Assembly (NCBI RefSeq): GCF_004010195.1
Contig: NC_057718.1
Coordinates: forward strand, 72,741,187 to 72,805,186
Length of the DNA: 64,000 bases
Direction of reading: 5' to 3'
DNA from: Chiloscyllium plagiosum
Taxonomy: Eukaryota
Numbering within the stretch: position 1 is the stretch's first letter; every line of letters begins with the position of its first letter. Positions 38,490 to 52,109 of the stretch are shown one piece after another. The position numbers and the translations under genes are program-made. A model generated the notes under the pieces. It had not been told where the DNA came from. It saw only the letters and a list, made by a program, of their open reading frames with translations, and did not search any database.

Positions 38490-39930
38490 ACAGGAAATTG
38501 ATGTCATGTTCCTAACCTCCCTACACTCTAGGTCCTGCACCCTAAAGCTACAGTCTGGGTTCCCATGCCCCTGCAGAGTTAGTTTAAACCCCCGCCAAGA
38601 GCACTAGCAAACCTCCCCCCAAGGATACTGGTGCCCCTCAGTTTCAGGTGTAGACCATCCTGTTTATAGGGGTCCCACCGTCCCCAGAAAGAACCCCAGT
38701 TATCCAAAAACCGGAATCCCTCCCTCCTGCACCATCCCTGTAGCCACGCATTTAACTGTTCTCTCTCCCTATTCCTCGACTCTCTATCACGTGGCACGGG
38801 TAACAAACCAGAGACAACAACTCGGTTTGTTCTAACTCTGATCTTCCAACCTAGCTCCCTGAAAGCCTGTCTAACATCCTCGGCACTCCTCCTACCTATG
38901 TCGTTGGTGCCAATATGGACCATGACTTCGGGCTGCTACCCCTCCCCCTTAAGGACCAGGAAAACACGATCAGAGACGTCACGTACCCTTGCACCTGGGA
39001 GGCAACATACCAAACGTGAGTCTCTCTCGTTCCCACAAAACCGCCTATCTGTGCCCCTAACTATCGAGTCCCCAATTACTACTGCTCTGCTCTTCTTCAC
39101 CCTTCCCTTCTGAGTAACGGGGACAGGCTCCGTGCCAGAGACCTGAGCCCCGTTACTTACCCCTGGTAAGTCATCCCCCCCACAAGTATCCCACACTGTA
39201 TACTTGTTCTTGAGGGGAATGGCCGCAGGAGGTCCCTGCACTGGCTGCTTCCTCCCAGTCCCCCTCACTGTAACCCATCTATCTGCCATCTTTGGAGTTA
39301 CTACTTCCCTATAACTCTGATCTATGACCCCCTCTGCCTCCCGAATGATCCGAAGTTCATCCAACTCCAGCTCCAGTTCCCTAACACGGTCCAGTTCCCT
39401 AATAAAATCATGAGGGGCATGGATACGATAAATAGACAAAGTCTTTTTCCTGGGGTAGGGGAATCCAGAACTAGAGGGTATAGATGTAGAATGAGAGTGG
39501 AAAGATAGAAAAGGGACCTAAAGGGCAACGTTTTCACGCAGAGGGTTGTGCATGTATGGAAGGTGCTGCCAGAGGAAGTGGTGGAGTCTGATACACCCAT
39601 CCAAATGCCTTTTAAATTGTATGAATAGGACGGGTATAGAGGATTACATGCCAAGTGCTGGCAAATGGGAGTAGATTAGGTTAGGATATCTGGTCGGCAT
39701 GGACGAGTTGGACCGAAGAGTCTGTTTCCGTGCTGTAGTTCTCTATGACTCCATCCACCTTCACAAAGCTACCAACTATCTCACACTCTGCATCCTGTAT
39801 GTTCTTCAGTGCTTCCAACTGTCACTCCAATCGATCCACGTGGTCTGAGAGGAGCTGCAGCCAGACACACATCCTGCAGATAGTTGCCAGGAGCAGTCAA
39901 TTGCTCCCTGATCTCTCACATATCACTCCA
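38490..39930 (-). mobile_element. CR1 ORF1 (SGNH esterase) fragments with a CR1 tail (+) at ~39400-39750
   Basis: VIGDSIVRGTDRRFCG..CLPGARV, VHIGTND, DGLHL. Confidence 0.85.
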
Positions 39931-41503
39931 CTAACTGCTATCGGTCACTTTAACAACTGGTGGACTTAGGTTAAAAAAAAAGTTTTACCTTTACCTTGTT
40001 GCTGCTTGCTCTCCTCAGCAAAGTCTGGTATTCACTTTTTGCTCTCGCTTGGGTCTAACCAGCAGGACCCTGACCACAAAGCAATCCCTTGCATACAGTT
40101 AGAGACATTGGGCACATTCTGTCCAGCCCATTCATGTTAAAATAGGAGATCTTATAGAAATGTTAAGTCTTCTGTTTCTAAAAGAAGAAAATCCCTAACT
40201 TGTTCAACATTTCCCAAAAACTACAATTCTACTGATAAGAACCGAAAGTAGTATTCAGTTAACCATCACATCCTCGGGTTAACATATCAAGTTGAAGTCA
40301 GGCTTTTAGGAAAGGCTGACACCATAACTAAAAGTGTAAACATACAACTCCATCACTCAGATATAAAACGAACAAACGAACGAAATAATGAGATTTTTTC
40401 AGAATTATATATTTTTCCATCATTAAGGTGAATTTCAAACATTAGAGATATTAGAGATTATTTAACATTTCTTTTTAAAGTTAATCCTTTACTGGAGTTA
40501 GTTGTTACTAACAAGGATGGCTGGTAACTGAAAAGTGACAGGGTTCCCAGGTGCTAGCTTTTTTTGTCCTCAGATTAAAAGAGGTCATAGGTATGGAAGA
40601 AGTCTTGACAAGTTGCTGTGAATAACTTGAATACTGTACATATTGCAGCCATGATGCACCAATGGGAGAGAGAGTAAATGTTTTAGGCGTTAGTCGGGGC
40701 AATCAAGGGCATTATTTTGATATGGATCAGCCACGAACTTTGCTAGAGCTGCAATTTTCCAAACAAGTGCAAAGGATTCAAAGACCTGATTTGTATCAGA
40801 CTGGCAATGGTGCATAAATGTAGGGATTAGTTAAACATATATGAAGGTCAAAATGGTTTTGCTGGGGGATTTCAACTTGCATATTGATTGAAACAATCAG
40901 CATGTCAAAAATGTAGTGAATGTCTCCAATGGTCCAGGGCAGTTTTCTGCATTTGACTTGTATTTGACTTAGTAATGAACAATGAACCAATATTTAGTTC
41001 AAAAACTGAAATTGCTAGAGAAAGCTAGCAACTCTGACAGCAACTGTGCAAAGATAGTAGAGTTAATGTAAAACCAAACACCATAAAACTAAATGGAAAA
41101 ATAATTCAATAATGCAAAATATAGCACTGATCCTGTTAATTCCGGAGGTATTATGAATAACAAAGGCTGACAAAACAGGGATAAAAAGGGCACATGGAAA
41201 GAAAACTTACAAGGCATATCAAAATTTGTAAAAACAAAAACTACAACGATAGTAGAAATGAAAGAGGGGGACTCAGTCAAAATGTGGATTACTTAAAAAC
41301 TGATAATTGCTCATTAATACAACTTAGAATTGCTGCACATTTTGAATGTCTTTGCAATAGCTTTCAAGTACAGGAAAAGGACAATGTGTCAAAAACAGTG
41401 ATTTGTACTCATCAACATTAACTATTTATATGGACTTCAGTAAGATCTTTGAAAAGGCCCCATTTGGAAGGCAGATCTAAAGGTAACTGCCTTATGGGAT
41501 CCA

Positions 41504-42732
41504 TCTTCTGCAGCTACACTGGCACCACCCTCCACCTTTTCCTCCGCTACATCGATGACTGTATCGGCACTGCCTCGTGCTCCCATGAGGAGGTTGAACA
41601 GTTCATCCACTTTACCAACACCTTCCACCCAGACCTCAAATTCACCTGGACTGTCTCAGACTCCTCCCTCCACTTCCTAGACCTTTGCATTTCTATCTCG
41701 GGCGACCGAATCAACACGGACATTTACTATAAACCGACGAATCAACACGGACATTTACTATAAACCGACCAACTCCCACAGCTACCGAGACTACACCTCC
41801 TCTCACCCAGACCCCTGTAAAAACGCCATCCCATATTCCCAATTCCTTCATCTCCGCTGCATCTGCTCCCAGGAGGACCAGTTCCAAATCTGTACAACCC
41901 AGATGGCCTCCTTCTTCAAGGTCCGCAATTTCCCCCAGACGTGGTCAACGATGCCCTCCACCGCATCTCTTCCACTTCCCGCTCCTCCGCCCTTGAGCCC
42001 CACCCCTCCAGCTACCACCAGGAGAGAACCCCACTGGTCCTCACCTGCCACCCCACCAACCTCCATGTACAGCGTATCATCCGCCGTCATTTCCGCCGCC
42101 TCCAAACGGACCCCACCACCAGGGATATATTTCCCTCCCCTCCCCTATCAGCGTTCCGAAAAGACCACTCCCTCCGTGACTCCCTGGTCAGGTCCACATC
42201 CCCCATTAACCCAACCTCCACTCCCGGCACATTCCCCTGCAACCGCAAGAAATGCAAAACTTGCGCCCACACCTCCCCCCTTACTTCCCTCCAAGGCCCC
42301 AAAGAATACTTCCATATCCGCCACAAATTCACCTGCACCTCCACACACATCATCTATTGCATCCACTGCACCTGATGTGGCCTCCTCTATATTGGGGAGA
42401 CAGGCTGCCTACTTGCGGAACATTTCAGAGAACACCTCTGGAACACCCAGACCAACCAACCCAATCACCCCGTGGCTCAACACTTCACCAGTCTGACCTA
42501 TCACCCTCACCTTGACCTCTTTCCACCTATCACATTTCCCACGCCCCTCCCCCAAGTCCCTCCTCCCTACCTATTATCTTAGTCTGCTGGACATACTTTC
42601 CTCATTCCTGAAGAAGGGCTTATGCCCGAAACGTCGATTCTCCTGTTCCTTGGATGCTGCCTGACCTGCTGCGCTTTTCCAGCAACACATTTCAGCTCTG
42701 ATCTCCAGCATCTGCAGTCCTCACTTTCTCCT
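41504..42732 (+). mobile_element. 5'-truncated Penelope-like element
   Basis: FLRYIDDCIG RT motif, CNRKKCKTC..HIIYCIHC GIY-YIG region; 13-bp TSD cttatgggatcca at 41491-41503 and 42733-42745. Confidence 0.92.
42604..42640 (+). ncRNA. Minimal hammerhead ribozyme motif
   Basis: TC-CTGAAGA-A-GGGC(TTAT)GCCC-GAAA-CG-TC-GA. Confidence 0.65.
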
Positions 42733-44204
42733 CTTATGGGATCCAAGGCAAGTTATGAAACTGGATGTAAAACTGGCTGTAAAACTGGCTTAAAAATTTG
42801 ATAGGTTGGACTGTGGTGGTGGTCAGAAGTCACATGATACTATAATCTGGTGTTGAGAGATTTCTGGTTTACAAAAAGGACACTAAGGGTGACAGTGGTG
42901 GGTTATTTTTTGCGATTGGAAACCTCTGATCAGCAGTGTGCCACATGGATCAGTGCTGGGATCCTTGCTGTTTGTGATGTACATTAACATAGATGATGAG
43001 AATGCAGAAGGCATCATTAGGTAAAAACAATGACTGCAGATGCTGGAAGTATTCCTGATGAAGGGCTTTTGCCCGAAACATCGATTTTACTGTCCCTCGG
43101 ATGCTGCCTGAACTGCTGTGTTTTTCCAGCAACACTCTAATCTAGACTCAGAAGACATAATTAGTAAGCTTGCAGATTATGTAAAAATTGGCAGTGTTAC
43201 TGATAGTGAGGAAGATAGTCTAAGGCTACGGTCTGATAATGATCAATTGGTAAACTGGGCAGAGTAATGACAGATGGAATTTAATCCAGATAAATGTGAG
43301 GTGATGCATTTTGGGAGTTCTCATATGAGAAGGATATGCCAAGTGAATGGTAGATACCTAGGGAATATGGAGGAAGAAAGGAATTTGGTTGAAGGTGTCA
43401 ACACAGGTAGATAGTGTGGTGAAGGTGGTTATGGATGCCTGCCTTCATTAGCCAGGGCATAGAGTATAAGAGCAGGAAGTCTTGTTGCAACTTTATAGAG
43501 CATTGGTTAGGCCATAAATGGAATAATGTGTGCAGATATGGACCCCATTATTGGAAGGATATGACTGCTCTGGGAAGAATGCAGAGGAGATTCACCAGGA
43601 TATTGCCAGAAAAAGAAAGTCTCTTATGAGAAGAGACTGGATAGGTTGGGTTTGTTTGTCTTGGAGCGGAAGTGGCTGAAGGGGATCTGATTGAGGAATA
43701 CAAAATAAGAGGCACAGAAAAGATAGGTCATGAGAATCTTTTTCCCATGACAGAGGTGTCTAAAACCAGAGGACATAGGTTTAAGGTGAGTAGTTTCCAG
43801 GAGATCTGAGCAATTTCTTTTACGAGAGGGTGGGAGAAATATGGAACTCGCTGCCTGACAGGTTAGTGAAGGCTGGTACTCTTGCAATATTTAAGAAGCA
43901 TCTGGTTGAGCATTTAAACGCCAAGTTCAGAGTGTGTTGCTGTGCTGGAGTGCTCTGGACCGAAACGTCGATTTTCCTATTCCTCGGTTGCTGCCTGACC
44001 TGCTGTGCCTTTCCAGCAACACATTCTCAACTCTGATTTCCAGCATCTGCAGACCTCACTGTCTCCTATTTAAAAGACAAGGCATAGTCGGCTATGGACT
44101 AAGTATAGATAAATGGGAATGGTATAGTTTGGTGTTTGTTGGTGGGCTGAAGGGCCTGTTTCTATGCTGTATTTGTTTTAATTATAGTATCATACAGTCA
44201 TAGT

Positions 44205-47200
44205 GTCAGAGAGATGTACAGCATGGAACCAGACCCTTCGGTCCAACACGTCCATGCCGACCAGATATCCCAACCCAATCTAGTCCCACCTGCCAGCACC
44301 CGGCCCATATCCATCCAAACCCTTCCTATTCATATACCCATCCAAATGCCTCTTAAATGTTGCAATTGTACCAGCCTCCACCACATCCTCTGGCAGCTTA
44401 TTCCATACATGTACCACCCTCTGTGTGAAAATGTTGCCCCTTAGGTCTCTCTTATATCTTTCCCCTCTCACCCTAAACCCATGTCCTCTAGTTTTGGACT
44501 CCCCGATCCCAGGGAAAAGACTTTGTCTATTTATCTTATCCATAACCCTCATAATTTTGTAATCCTCTATAAGGTCACCCCTCAGCCTCCGACGCTCCAG
44601 CGAAAACAGCATCAGCCTGTTCAGCCTCTTCCTGTAGCTCAAATCCTCCAACCCTGGCAACATCCTTGTAAGTCTTTTCAGAACCCTTTCAAGTTTCACA
44701 ACATCTTTCCGATAGGACGGAGACCAGAATTGCATGCAATATTCCAACAGTGGCCTAACCAACGTCCTGTCAGCTGCAACATGACCTCACACCTCCTGTA
44801 CTCAATACTCTGACCAATAAAGGAAAGCATACCAAATGCCTTCTTCACTATCCTATCTACCTGCGACTCCACTTTCAAGGAGCTATGAACCTGCATTCCA
44901 AGGTCTCTCTGTTCAGCAACATTCCCTAGGACCTTACCACTAAGTGTATAAGTCCTGCTAAGATTTGCTTTCCCAAAATGCAGCACCTCGCATTTATCTG
45001 AATTAAACTCCATCTGCCACTTCTCAGCCCATTGGCCCATCTGGTCCAGATCCTGTTGAGGACTTCCTTTTTTAAATTTCTGCCTGACTCTCTCTAATCT
45101 CCCTTCAGAGTCTCAACCTTTTCCCTTCCAATGTCATTGGTTCCAATGTGGACAATGAACTCCTGCTGGCCCCTCTCCCCCGTGAGAACATTCTGCACCC
45201 TCTCCGAGACATCCTTGATCCTGGAACCAGGGAAACAACACACCATTCTGCTTTTTCTCTGCTGGCCACAGAAACGTCTGTCTGTACCTCTGACTACAGA
45301 GGCCCCTAACACAACTGATCTCTTGGAAGTCGACGTACCCCTCATTGCATTAATCTGAGGAAACCCTCTTCATTGTCCAATTTTGGTGTCATCTGCAAAC
45401 TTACTAAATGTACCTCTTATGCTCGCATCCAAATCAATGATGTAAATGACAAAAAGTAGAGAGCCCAGCACCGATCCTTGTGGCACTCCACTGGTCACAG
45501 GCCTCCAGTCTGAAAAACAACCCTCCACCACCACCCCCTGTCTTCTACCTCTGAGCCAGTTCTGTATCCAAATGGCTAGTTCTCCCTGAATTCCATGAGA
45601 TCGAACCTTGCTCATCACCTTGTTGAATGCCTTACTGAAGTCCATATAGATCACATCTACTGCTCTGCCCTCAATCTTATTTGTTACTTCTTCAAACAAC
45701 TCAATCAAGTTTGTGAGACATGATTTCCCACGCACAAAGCCATGTTGAGTATCCCGAATCAGTCCTTGCCTTTCCAAATACATGTACATACTGTCCCTCA
45801 GAATTCCCTCCAACAACTTGCCCACCACCGAGGTCAGGCTCACCAGTCTATAGTTCTCTGGCTTGGCTTTACAGCCCTACTTTAAACAGTGGCACCACGT
45901 TTGCCAACCTCCAGTCTTCTGGCACCTCACTTGTGACTATCGATGATACAAATATCTCAGCAAGATGCCCAGCAATCACTTCTCTAGCTTCCCAGAGTTC
46001 TCGGGTACACCTGATCAGGTCCTGAGGATTTATCCACCTTTAACCGTTTCAAGACATGCAGCACTTCCTCCTCTGTAATCTGGACATTTTGCAATATGTC
46101 ACCATCTATTTCCCTACAGTCTATATCTTCCATATCCTTTTCCACAGTAAATACTGATGCAAAATATTCATTTATTGTCTTCCCCCATTTTCTGTGGCTC
46201 CACACAAAGCCCGTCTTGCTGATCTTTTCTCTCCCTAGTTACCCTTTTGTCCTTAATATATTTGTTAAAAATCCTTTGGATTCTCCTTAATTCTATTTGC
46301 CAAAGCTATCTCATGTCTCCATTTTTCCCTCCTGATTTCACTTTTAAGTATACTCCTACTTTCTTTGGACTCTTCTAAGGATTCACTCGATCTATCCTGT
46401 CTATACCTGACATATGCTTCCTTCTTTTTCTTAACCAAACCCTCAATTTCTTTAGTCATCCAGCATTCCCTATACCTACCAGCGTTCCCTTTCAGCCTGA
46501 CAGGAATATACTTTCTCTGGATTCTTGTTATCTCATTCCTGAAGGCTTCACATTTTCCAGCCGTCCCTTTACCTGCGAACGTCTGCCTCCAATCAGCTTT
46601 CGAAAGTTCTTGCCTAATACCGTCAAAATTGGCCTTTCTCCAATTTAGAACTTCAACTTTTAGATCTGGTCTATCCTTTTCCATCACTATTTTAAANNNN
46701 NNNNNNNNNNNNNNNNNNNNNNNNNNNNNNNNNNNNNNNNNNNNNNNNNNNNNNNNNNNNNNNNNNNNNNNNNNNNNNNNNNNNNNNNNNNNNNNNNNNN
46801 NNNNNNNNNNNNNNNNNNNNNNNNNNNNNNNNNNNNNNNNNNNNNNNNNNNNNNNNNNNNNNNNNNNNNNNNNNNNNNNNNNNNNNNNNNNNNNNNNNNN
46901 NNNNNNNNNNNNNNNNNNNNNNNNNNNNNNNNNNNNNNNNNNNNNNNNNNNNNNNNNNNNNNNNNNNNNNNNNNNNNNNNNNNNNNNNNNNNNNNNNNNN
47001 NNNNNNNNNNNNNNNNNNNNNNNNNNNNNNNNNNNNNNNNNNNNNNNNNNNNNNNNNNNNNNNNNNNNNNNNNNNNNNNNNNNNNNNNNNNNNNNNNNNN
47101 NNNNNNNNNNNNNNNNNNNNNNNNNNNNNNNNNNNNNNNNNNNNNNNNNNNNNNNNNNNNNNNNNNNNNNNNNNNNNNNNNNNNNNNNNNNNNNNNNNNN

Positions 47201-48810
47201 NNNNNNNNNNNNNNNNNNNNNNNNNNNNNNNNNNNNNNNNNNNNNNNNNNNNNNNNNNNNNNNNNNNNNNNNNNNNNNNNNNNNNNNNNNNNNNNNNNNN
47301 NNNNNNNNNNNNNNNNNNNNNNNNNNNNNNNNNNNNNNNNNNNNNNNNNNNNNNNNNNNNNNNNNNNNNNNNNNNNNNNNNNNNNNNNNNNNNNNNNNNN
47401 NNNNNNNNNNNNNNNNNNNNNNNNNNNNNNNNNNNNNNNNNNNNNNNNNNNNNNNNNNNNNNNNNNNNNNNNNNNNNNNNNNNNNNNNNNNNNNNNNNNN
47501 NNNNNNNNNNNNNNNNNNNNNNNNNNNNNNNNNNNNNNNNNNNNNNNNNNNNNNNNNNNNNNNNNNNNNNNNNNNNNNNNNNNNNNNNNNNNNNNNNNNN
47601 NNNNNNNNNNNNNNNNNNNNNNNNNNNNNNNNNNNNNNNNNNNNNNNNNNNNNNNNNNNCCCGTGAGAACATTCTGCACCCTCTCTGAGACATCCTTGAT
47701 CCTGGCACCAGGGAAACAACACACCACACTGCTTTTTCTCTGCTGGCCACTGAAACGTCTGTCTGTACCTCTGACTACAGAATCCCCTAACACAACTGAT
47801 CTCTTGGAAGCCGACGTACCCCTCGTTGCATTAGAGTCAGTCTCAATATCAGAAACTTGGCTGTTCGTGCTACGTTCCCCTGAGAATCCATCACCCCCTA
47901 AATTTTCCAAAACAGCATACCTGTTTGAGATGGTTATATCCACAAATGATACCTGCACTAGCTGCCTACCTCTCTTACCCTTCCTGGAGTTAACGCATCT
48001 ATGGTGACCGTATCTGAGACATTTCCCCCTTCCTATAACTATCATCCATCACATACTGTTGCTTTTGCAAATTCCTCATCACTTCTATCTGTCTCTCCAA
48101 TCAATCCACTCGATCTGATAAGATTCGCATCCAACAGCATTTATGGCAGACATAATCCGCAGTAACCCTTAAACTCTCTTTAAACTCCCACATCTGACAA
48201 GTACATATCACTGCAAAGGCCATTTTTGCTCCTTCACAATCTACTGACCCAGAAAATAACACCATCTTATTCCTCTACAAACAATGCCCCAGGTTAAATT
48301 AGTAGCTATGGCTTATATTTTAAGTTTAATCAAGAGACTCATCTCCAAAAACATATAATCAAGAAAGAATCCACTGTACTCAATACTGCAGCCTCTCTCT
48401 TGGACAGACTTAAAACAACAATTAACTTATCTGATTCTGTGCTGTGAACTTCACCCAACAGTTCCTCCAAGATTAGTTGTGAATTTCACTGTTTGTTAAT
48501 TTTCCCAGATGCACTCCGATGTCCAGCGATGCAGGAATTCAAACACCAAGGCGGTAACTGTGCAGGTTCTCTCTCTCTCTCTCCTGCACTGTCCTCACCA
48601 TGTGCTTCCTTTGTCTGCTCTTCTCCCTTTTAAAACTGCTGTTGTTTTGACTTTTTTTTCCCAAAGTTCCAAAACAATGCAACAGCATATAAAACAGTAA
48701 TTGCTGCTCCTGAATTTCAAGGAAATCACCTCCAACACCTAAAATACCTCCACAAAAAGGAGCAGCTCTTACCGCTAGAAATTTTTCCCATCCTCCATCT
48801 TGGATTACCC
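44205..48810 (-). mobile_element. Near full-length CR1 LINE (same family as CR1 B), spanning an N gap
   Basis: 5' UTR, ORF1 esterase (47660-48045), ORF2 RT ([23 protein letters not shown]), tail. Confidence 0.92.
46697..47659. other. Assembly gap (N run)
   Basis: Ns. Confidence 1.
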
Positions 48811-48950
48811 TGTTTCTTCGCTGAATCCCCAGGACCAGAAGTAAATTCACCTTCTCAAAAGCAACTCGGGACAGGCAATAAATGCTGGCCAGCCAGCGGT
48901 ACTCACATTCCACGAATATAAAAGAAAATTGGCTATAGGCAGACAGTTGT

Positions 48951-49266
48951 GGGCGGCACGGTGGCACAGTGGTTAGCACTGCTGCCTCACAGCGCCAGAG
49001 ACCCGGGTTCAATACCCGCCTCAGGCGACTGACTGTGTGGAGTTTGCACGTTCTCCCCGTGTCTGCGTGGGTTTCCTCCGGGTGCTCCGGTTTCCTCCCG
49101 CAGTCCAAAGATGTGCAGGTCAGGTGAATTGGCCATGCTAAATTGCCCGTAGTGTTAGGTAAGGGGTAAATGTAGGGGTATGGGTGGGTTGCGCTTCGGC
49201 GGGGCGGTGTGGACTTGTTGGGCCGAAGGGCCTGTTTCCACATTGTAAGTAATCTAATCTAATCTA
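48951..49266 (+). mobile_element. HE1-like SINE
   Basis: Near-identical to 63392-63708. Confidence 0.9.
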
Positions 49267-49907
49267 AAAAAAAGTTGTGATAGTGGTAGAAGTCATGATG
49301 AATTAATCTCTTAGATGAAAATGATTACAAACACCTCAACATGGTCTTCTGCACCAATATTGTAGGCTCCACCTATAAAGGAGAAGGATAAGGATGGTCC
49401 TGAAGCCTTCTCTATTGTCCTCCATTCTTCACAATTGAATGTGGCAGAACTGACCGGACATATTAACAATGAACCACCTAGTGAGGTCAAGAAGGTGCTG
49501 CTTCCCACTGTTTGGTATTTGTATGCACCTTGCAGTTTCACCATTTTCAGGTCTACTTTGTTCTGATCCTGTGATGCTCTTGCAAATCCTTCACTGAATT
49601 TGAGTCAGTCAGCTTGTTTAATACTAATTAGAGGCAGCACAGTGGCTCCATGGTTCGCACTGCTGCCTCACAGTGTTAAGGACCCGGGTTCAATGCCACC
49701 AGTGGGTGACTTTCTGTGTAGAGTTTGCATATTCTCCTCTGTGCCTATATGGGTTTCCTCTGGATGCTCCAGTTTCTTTACTCCAAGAATGGAGTAAGAT
49801 GGATTTGCATTGCTAAATTGTCCCATAATCTTCAGGAATGTATAGATTAGATGCGTTAGCCACGGTAAATGTAGGGTTATAGGGATAGGGTCGTGGGGTC
49901 ATTCTGG

Positions 49908-50278
49908 GTGTGAGGATCTGAAATCCGAGTACAGGCTGAAGTAACTAGTTGTAGTCAGAAACAATCATTTAATACATGCTCTTACTAACATAGGCAGCAA
50001 TAAAATGGCTTTTTAATGCAAATAACAAAATAAAATGGCTTCTAGGCTGCAAATTGACAATTCTGCTTAAAGCTGCTAAAAGCTACATTCCTGAATTAAT
50101 GATAACACGCTCCAACAAAGATTAGCAGAAAATTCTTTCTTTACAGCATAGAAATAACTAGGCTAGATAAGACATTACTAGCCATCCTAACTGACCTTGT
50201 AAGTGCAAGTGGAGAAAGTAGTTTTGGGAGATAAAGGTGCTTGGATGTGGAAGTTCCCAGGAAATATCATCGGACTAA
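49908..50278 (-). repeat. Solo-LTR-like repeat, copy 1
   Basis: Aligns with 56105-56437; minus strand reads TTAGTCCGATGATAT...GATCCTCACA with ATTAAA near the 3' end. Confidence 0.55.
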
Positions 50279-52109
50279 GTACAATACACTGCTGAGCCTG
50301 TATAAGGCTCTGGAATACTGTGAACACGTTTGGGCCCTGTATCTAAGGAAGGATGGCCTTGGAGGGAGTCCAGCAGAGGTTAACTATGATCAAATGGCAG
50401 AGAAGACTCGATGGGCCAAATGGCCTTAATCTGCTCTTACATTCACATGCAGTTACGTGGTATACTGGCCATACTATGTGCTAGAATTATATCCTGTGTT
50501 ATCTGTTAGACAAACCAAAGGCTGGATTGAATTAATGCTTCCTTCAGAATCAAACTATCATCGAGAAAGCAAATTTTATTTATTTTATTTTTATTTTTAC
50601 TTACAGTGTGGAAGCAGGCTCTTCGGCCCAACAAGTCCACACCGACTCTCCGAAGACCAACCCACCCAGACCCATTCCCCTACATTTACCCCTTCACCTA
50701 ACACTACGGACAATATAGCATAGCCAATTCAATTCTACAAAAAAAAAACTATAATTCATAGATTCTTGTCAATAAACAGTAACAATAGTTTTGCACACAT
50801 TCCACAAGGAACCTACCTTTGAAGAAGTGACTGAAGATTGAAATGAAATCAAAATAATATTGAAGGTGAGAACGGAATACAATAGCTTGTTCAAAAGAAA
50901 CATTCTTGCTATATTATATGTCAAGTATGCTCTAGTGACCAAGCTACAAAAGCTTTCTACGAAAGCCTGCTGCACTCTGCAAACTAACCTTGATTCATCC
51001 TAACAACGGGTGGACAGTACATGAATAAAGGATACAAATCCACAAAGTTGTGTGAGATATAGGATCCTTCCGTGGAGCCTTCCAAAAATGCCTTGTGAAA
51101 TGCATCCATGATTGCTGAGATCAAGGCTAAGTAGATTTCTCCCATATATTCTCTCCATGGCTACTGCAAACCCAGTCTGACAATTATGTCCTTAAGGATC
51201 TGGCCAGCTCCATCAGCAGTGATGCAATTAAACTATTTACTGTGACATAGAACAGATTAGAATGGCTTTTCCACATCACTTCAGTTAAGAATCAACCAAA
51301 TTACTCCTGAAACCATACCAGAAAATCATTGCAAGTTTCTTCCTTTTATGTGAAATAGGGTTTTTAAAACCATGCAATAGATTCATGATCATAATTACTA
51401 ACACTAGTTTCTTGTATCAGACTTTAGTTCAAATTCAACTAAATTTGAATTCACTTACTTAATTCCCTGGATTATTTGCCCAGGCATCTCAATTATAATT
51501 CTGATGAACATGTAAGTACCTAAACTAATGACAGTTTCTATCACTAAGGATGTTTTCATAACTATGAGTGATTACTGCATTTTCTAGAATACTAGCCCAC
51601 TAACATGCAACTGCATAATTAGTGGGAAAAGATAAAACAGCAAATGATGGTGACAGAGAAACATGACTGATACTGAAACTTCTACATTAACACCACTTCC
51701 TGCCATCACAGGAAATGTAACACTGCACAATTTTAATACAATGCAAATGAATTTCAGTTTATTCTCCATACAGGGAATTCTTCTATAACACATGCACGCT
51801 CTTGGGCAACCCCATATGATATAAAAATTGCATTTTAGAAACAATGCTTAATCTGTTGGCAATGTAATCACATTACAATCAACACACATTTTAAAAGTTT
51901 GCACTGTAGAAATAGTGTCCTCAATTCATCAATCGTGTTATTGCGAATTCAAATTGACAAAACGAGCGTTATAGCTGAATGACCTATGAGTTCATTCATT
52001 CAAAAAAGTTACATTAAAAGGAATGATTAAAAAAAAATGAAGATTACTCAGTTACATATGAATGAACATAGTAATTGGTACAATGAACAGAATTCTCCCT
52101 AAAAATAAA

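Larger units (their letters stand above)
41430..44170 (+). mobile_element. Old CR1 RT/3' fragment hosting Penelope insertions
   Basis: [25 protein letters not shown] fragments. Confidence 0.7.

Noticed and set aside
38579..39439. GDSL/SGNH esterase-like ORFs as a possible host or horizontally acquired gene
   Set aside because: Known esterase domain of CR1 ORF1; found in CR1 context in several copies here.
41708..41770. 31-bp tandem duplication (similar 20-bp duplication at ~36126-36165 and 16-bp at ~12921-12952)
   Set aside because: Simple local duplications in dead elements; no spacers, not CRISPR-like.
46265..48045. Long ORFs of 350-485 aa
   Set aside because: Artefacts of reading through the N gap; the flanks are CR1 ORF1/ORF2.
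48539..49243. 234-aa ORF (MWKQALRPNK...) recurring several times in the window
   Set aside because: Antisense translation of the HE1-like SINE, not a gene family.
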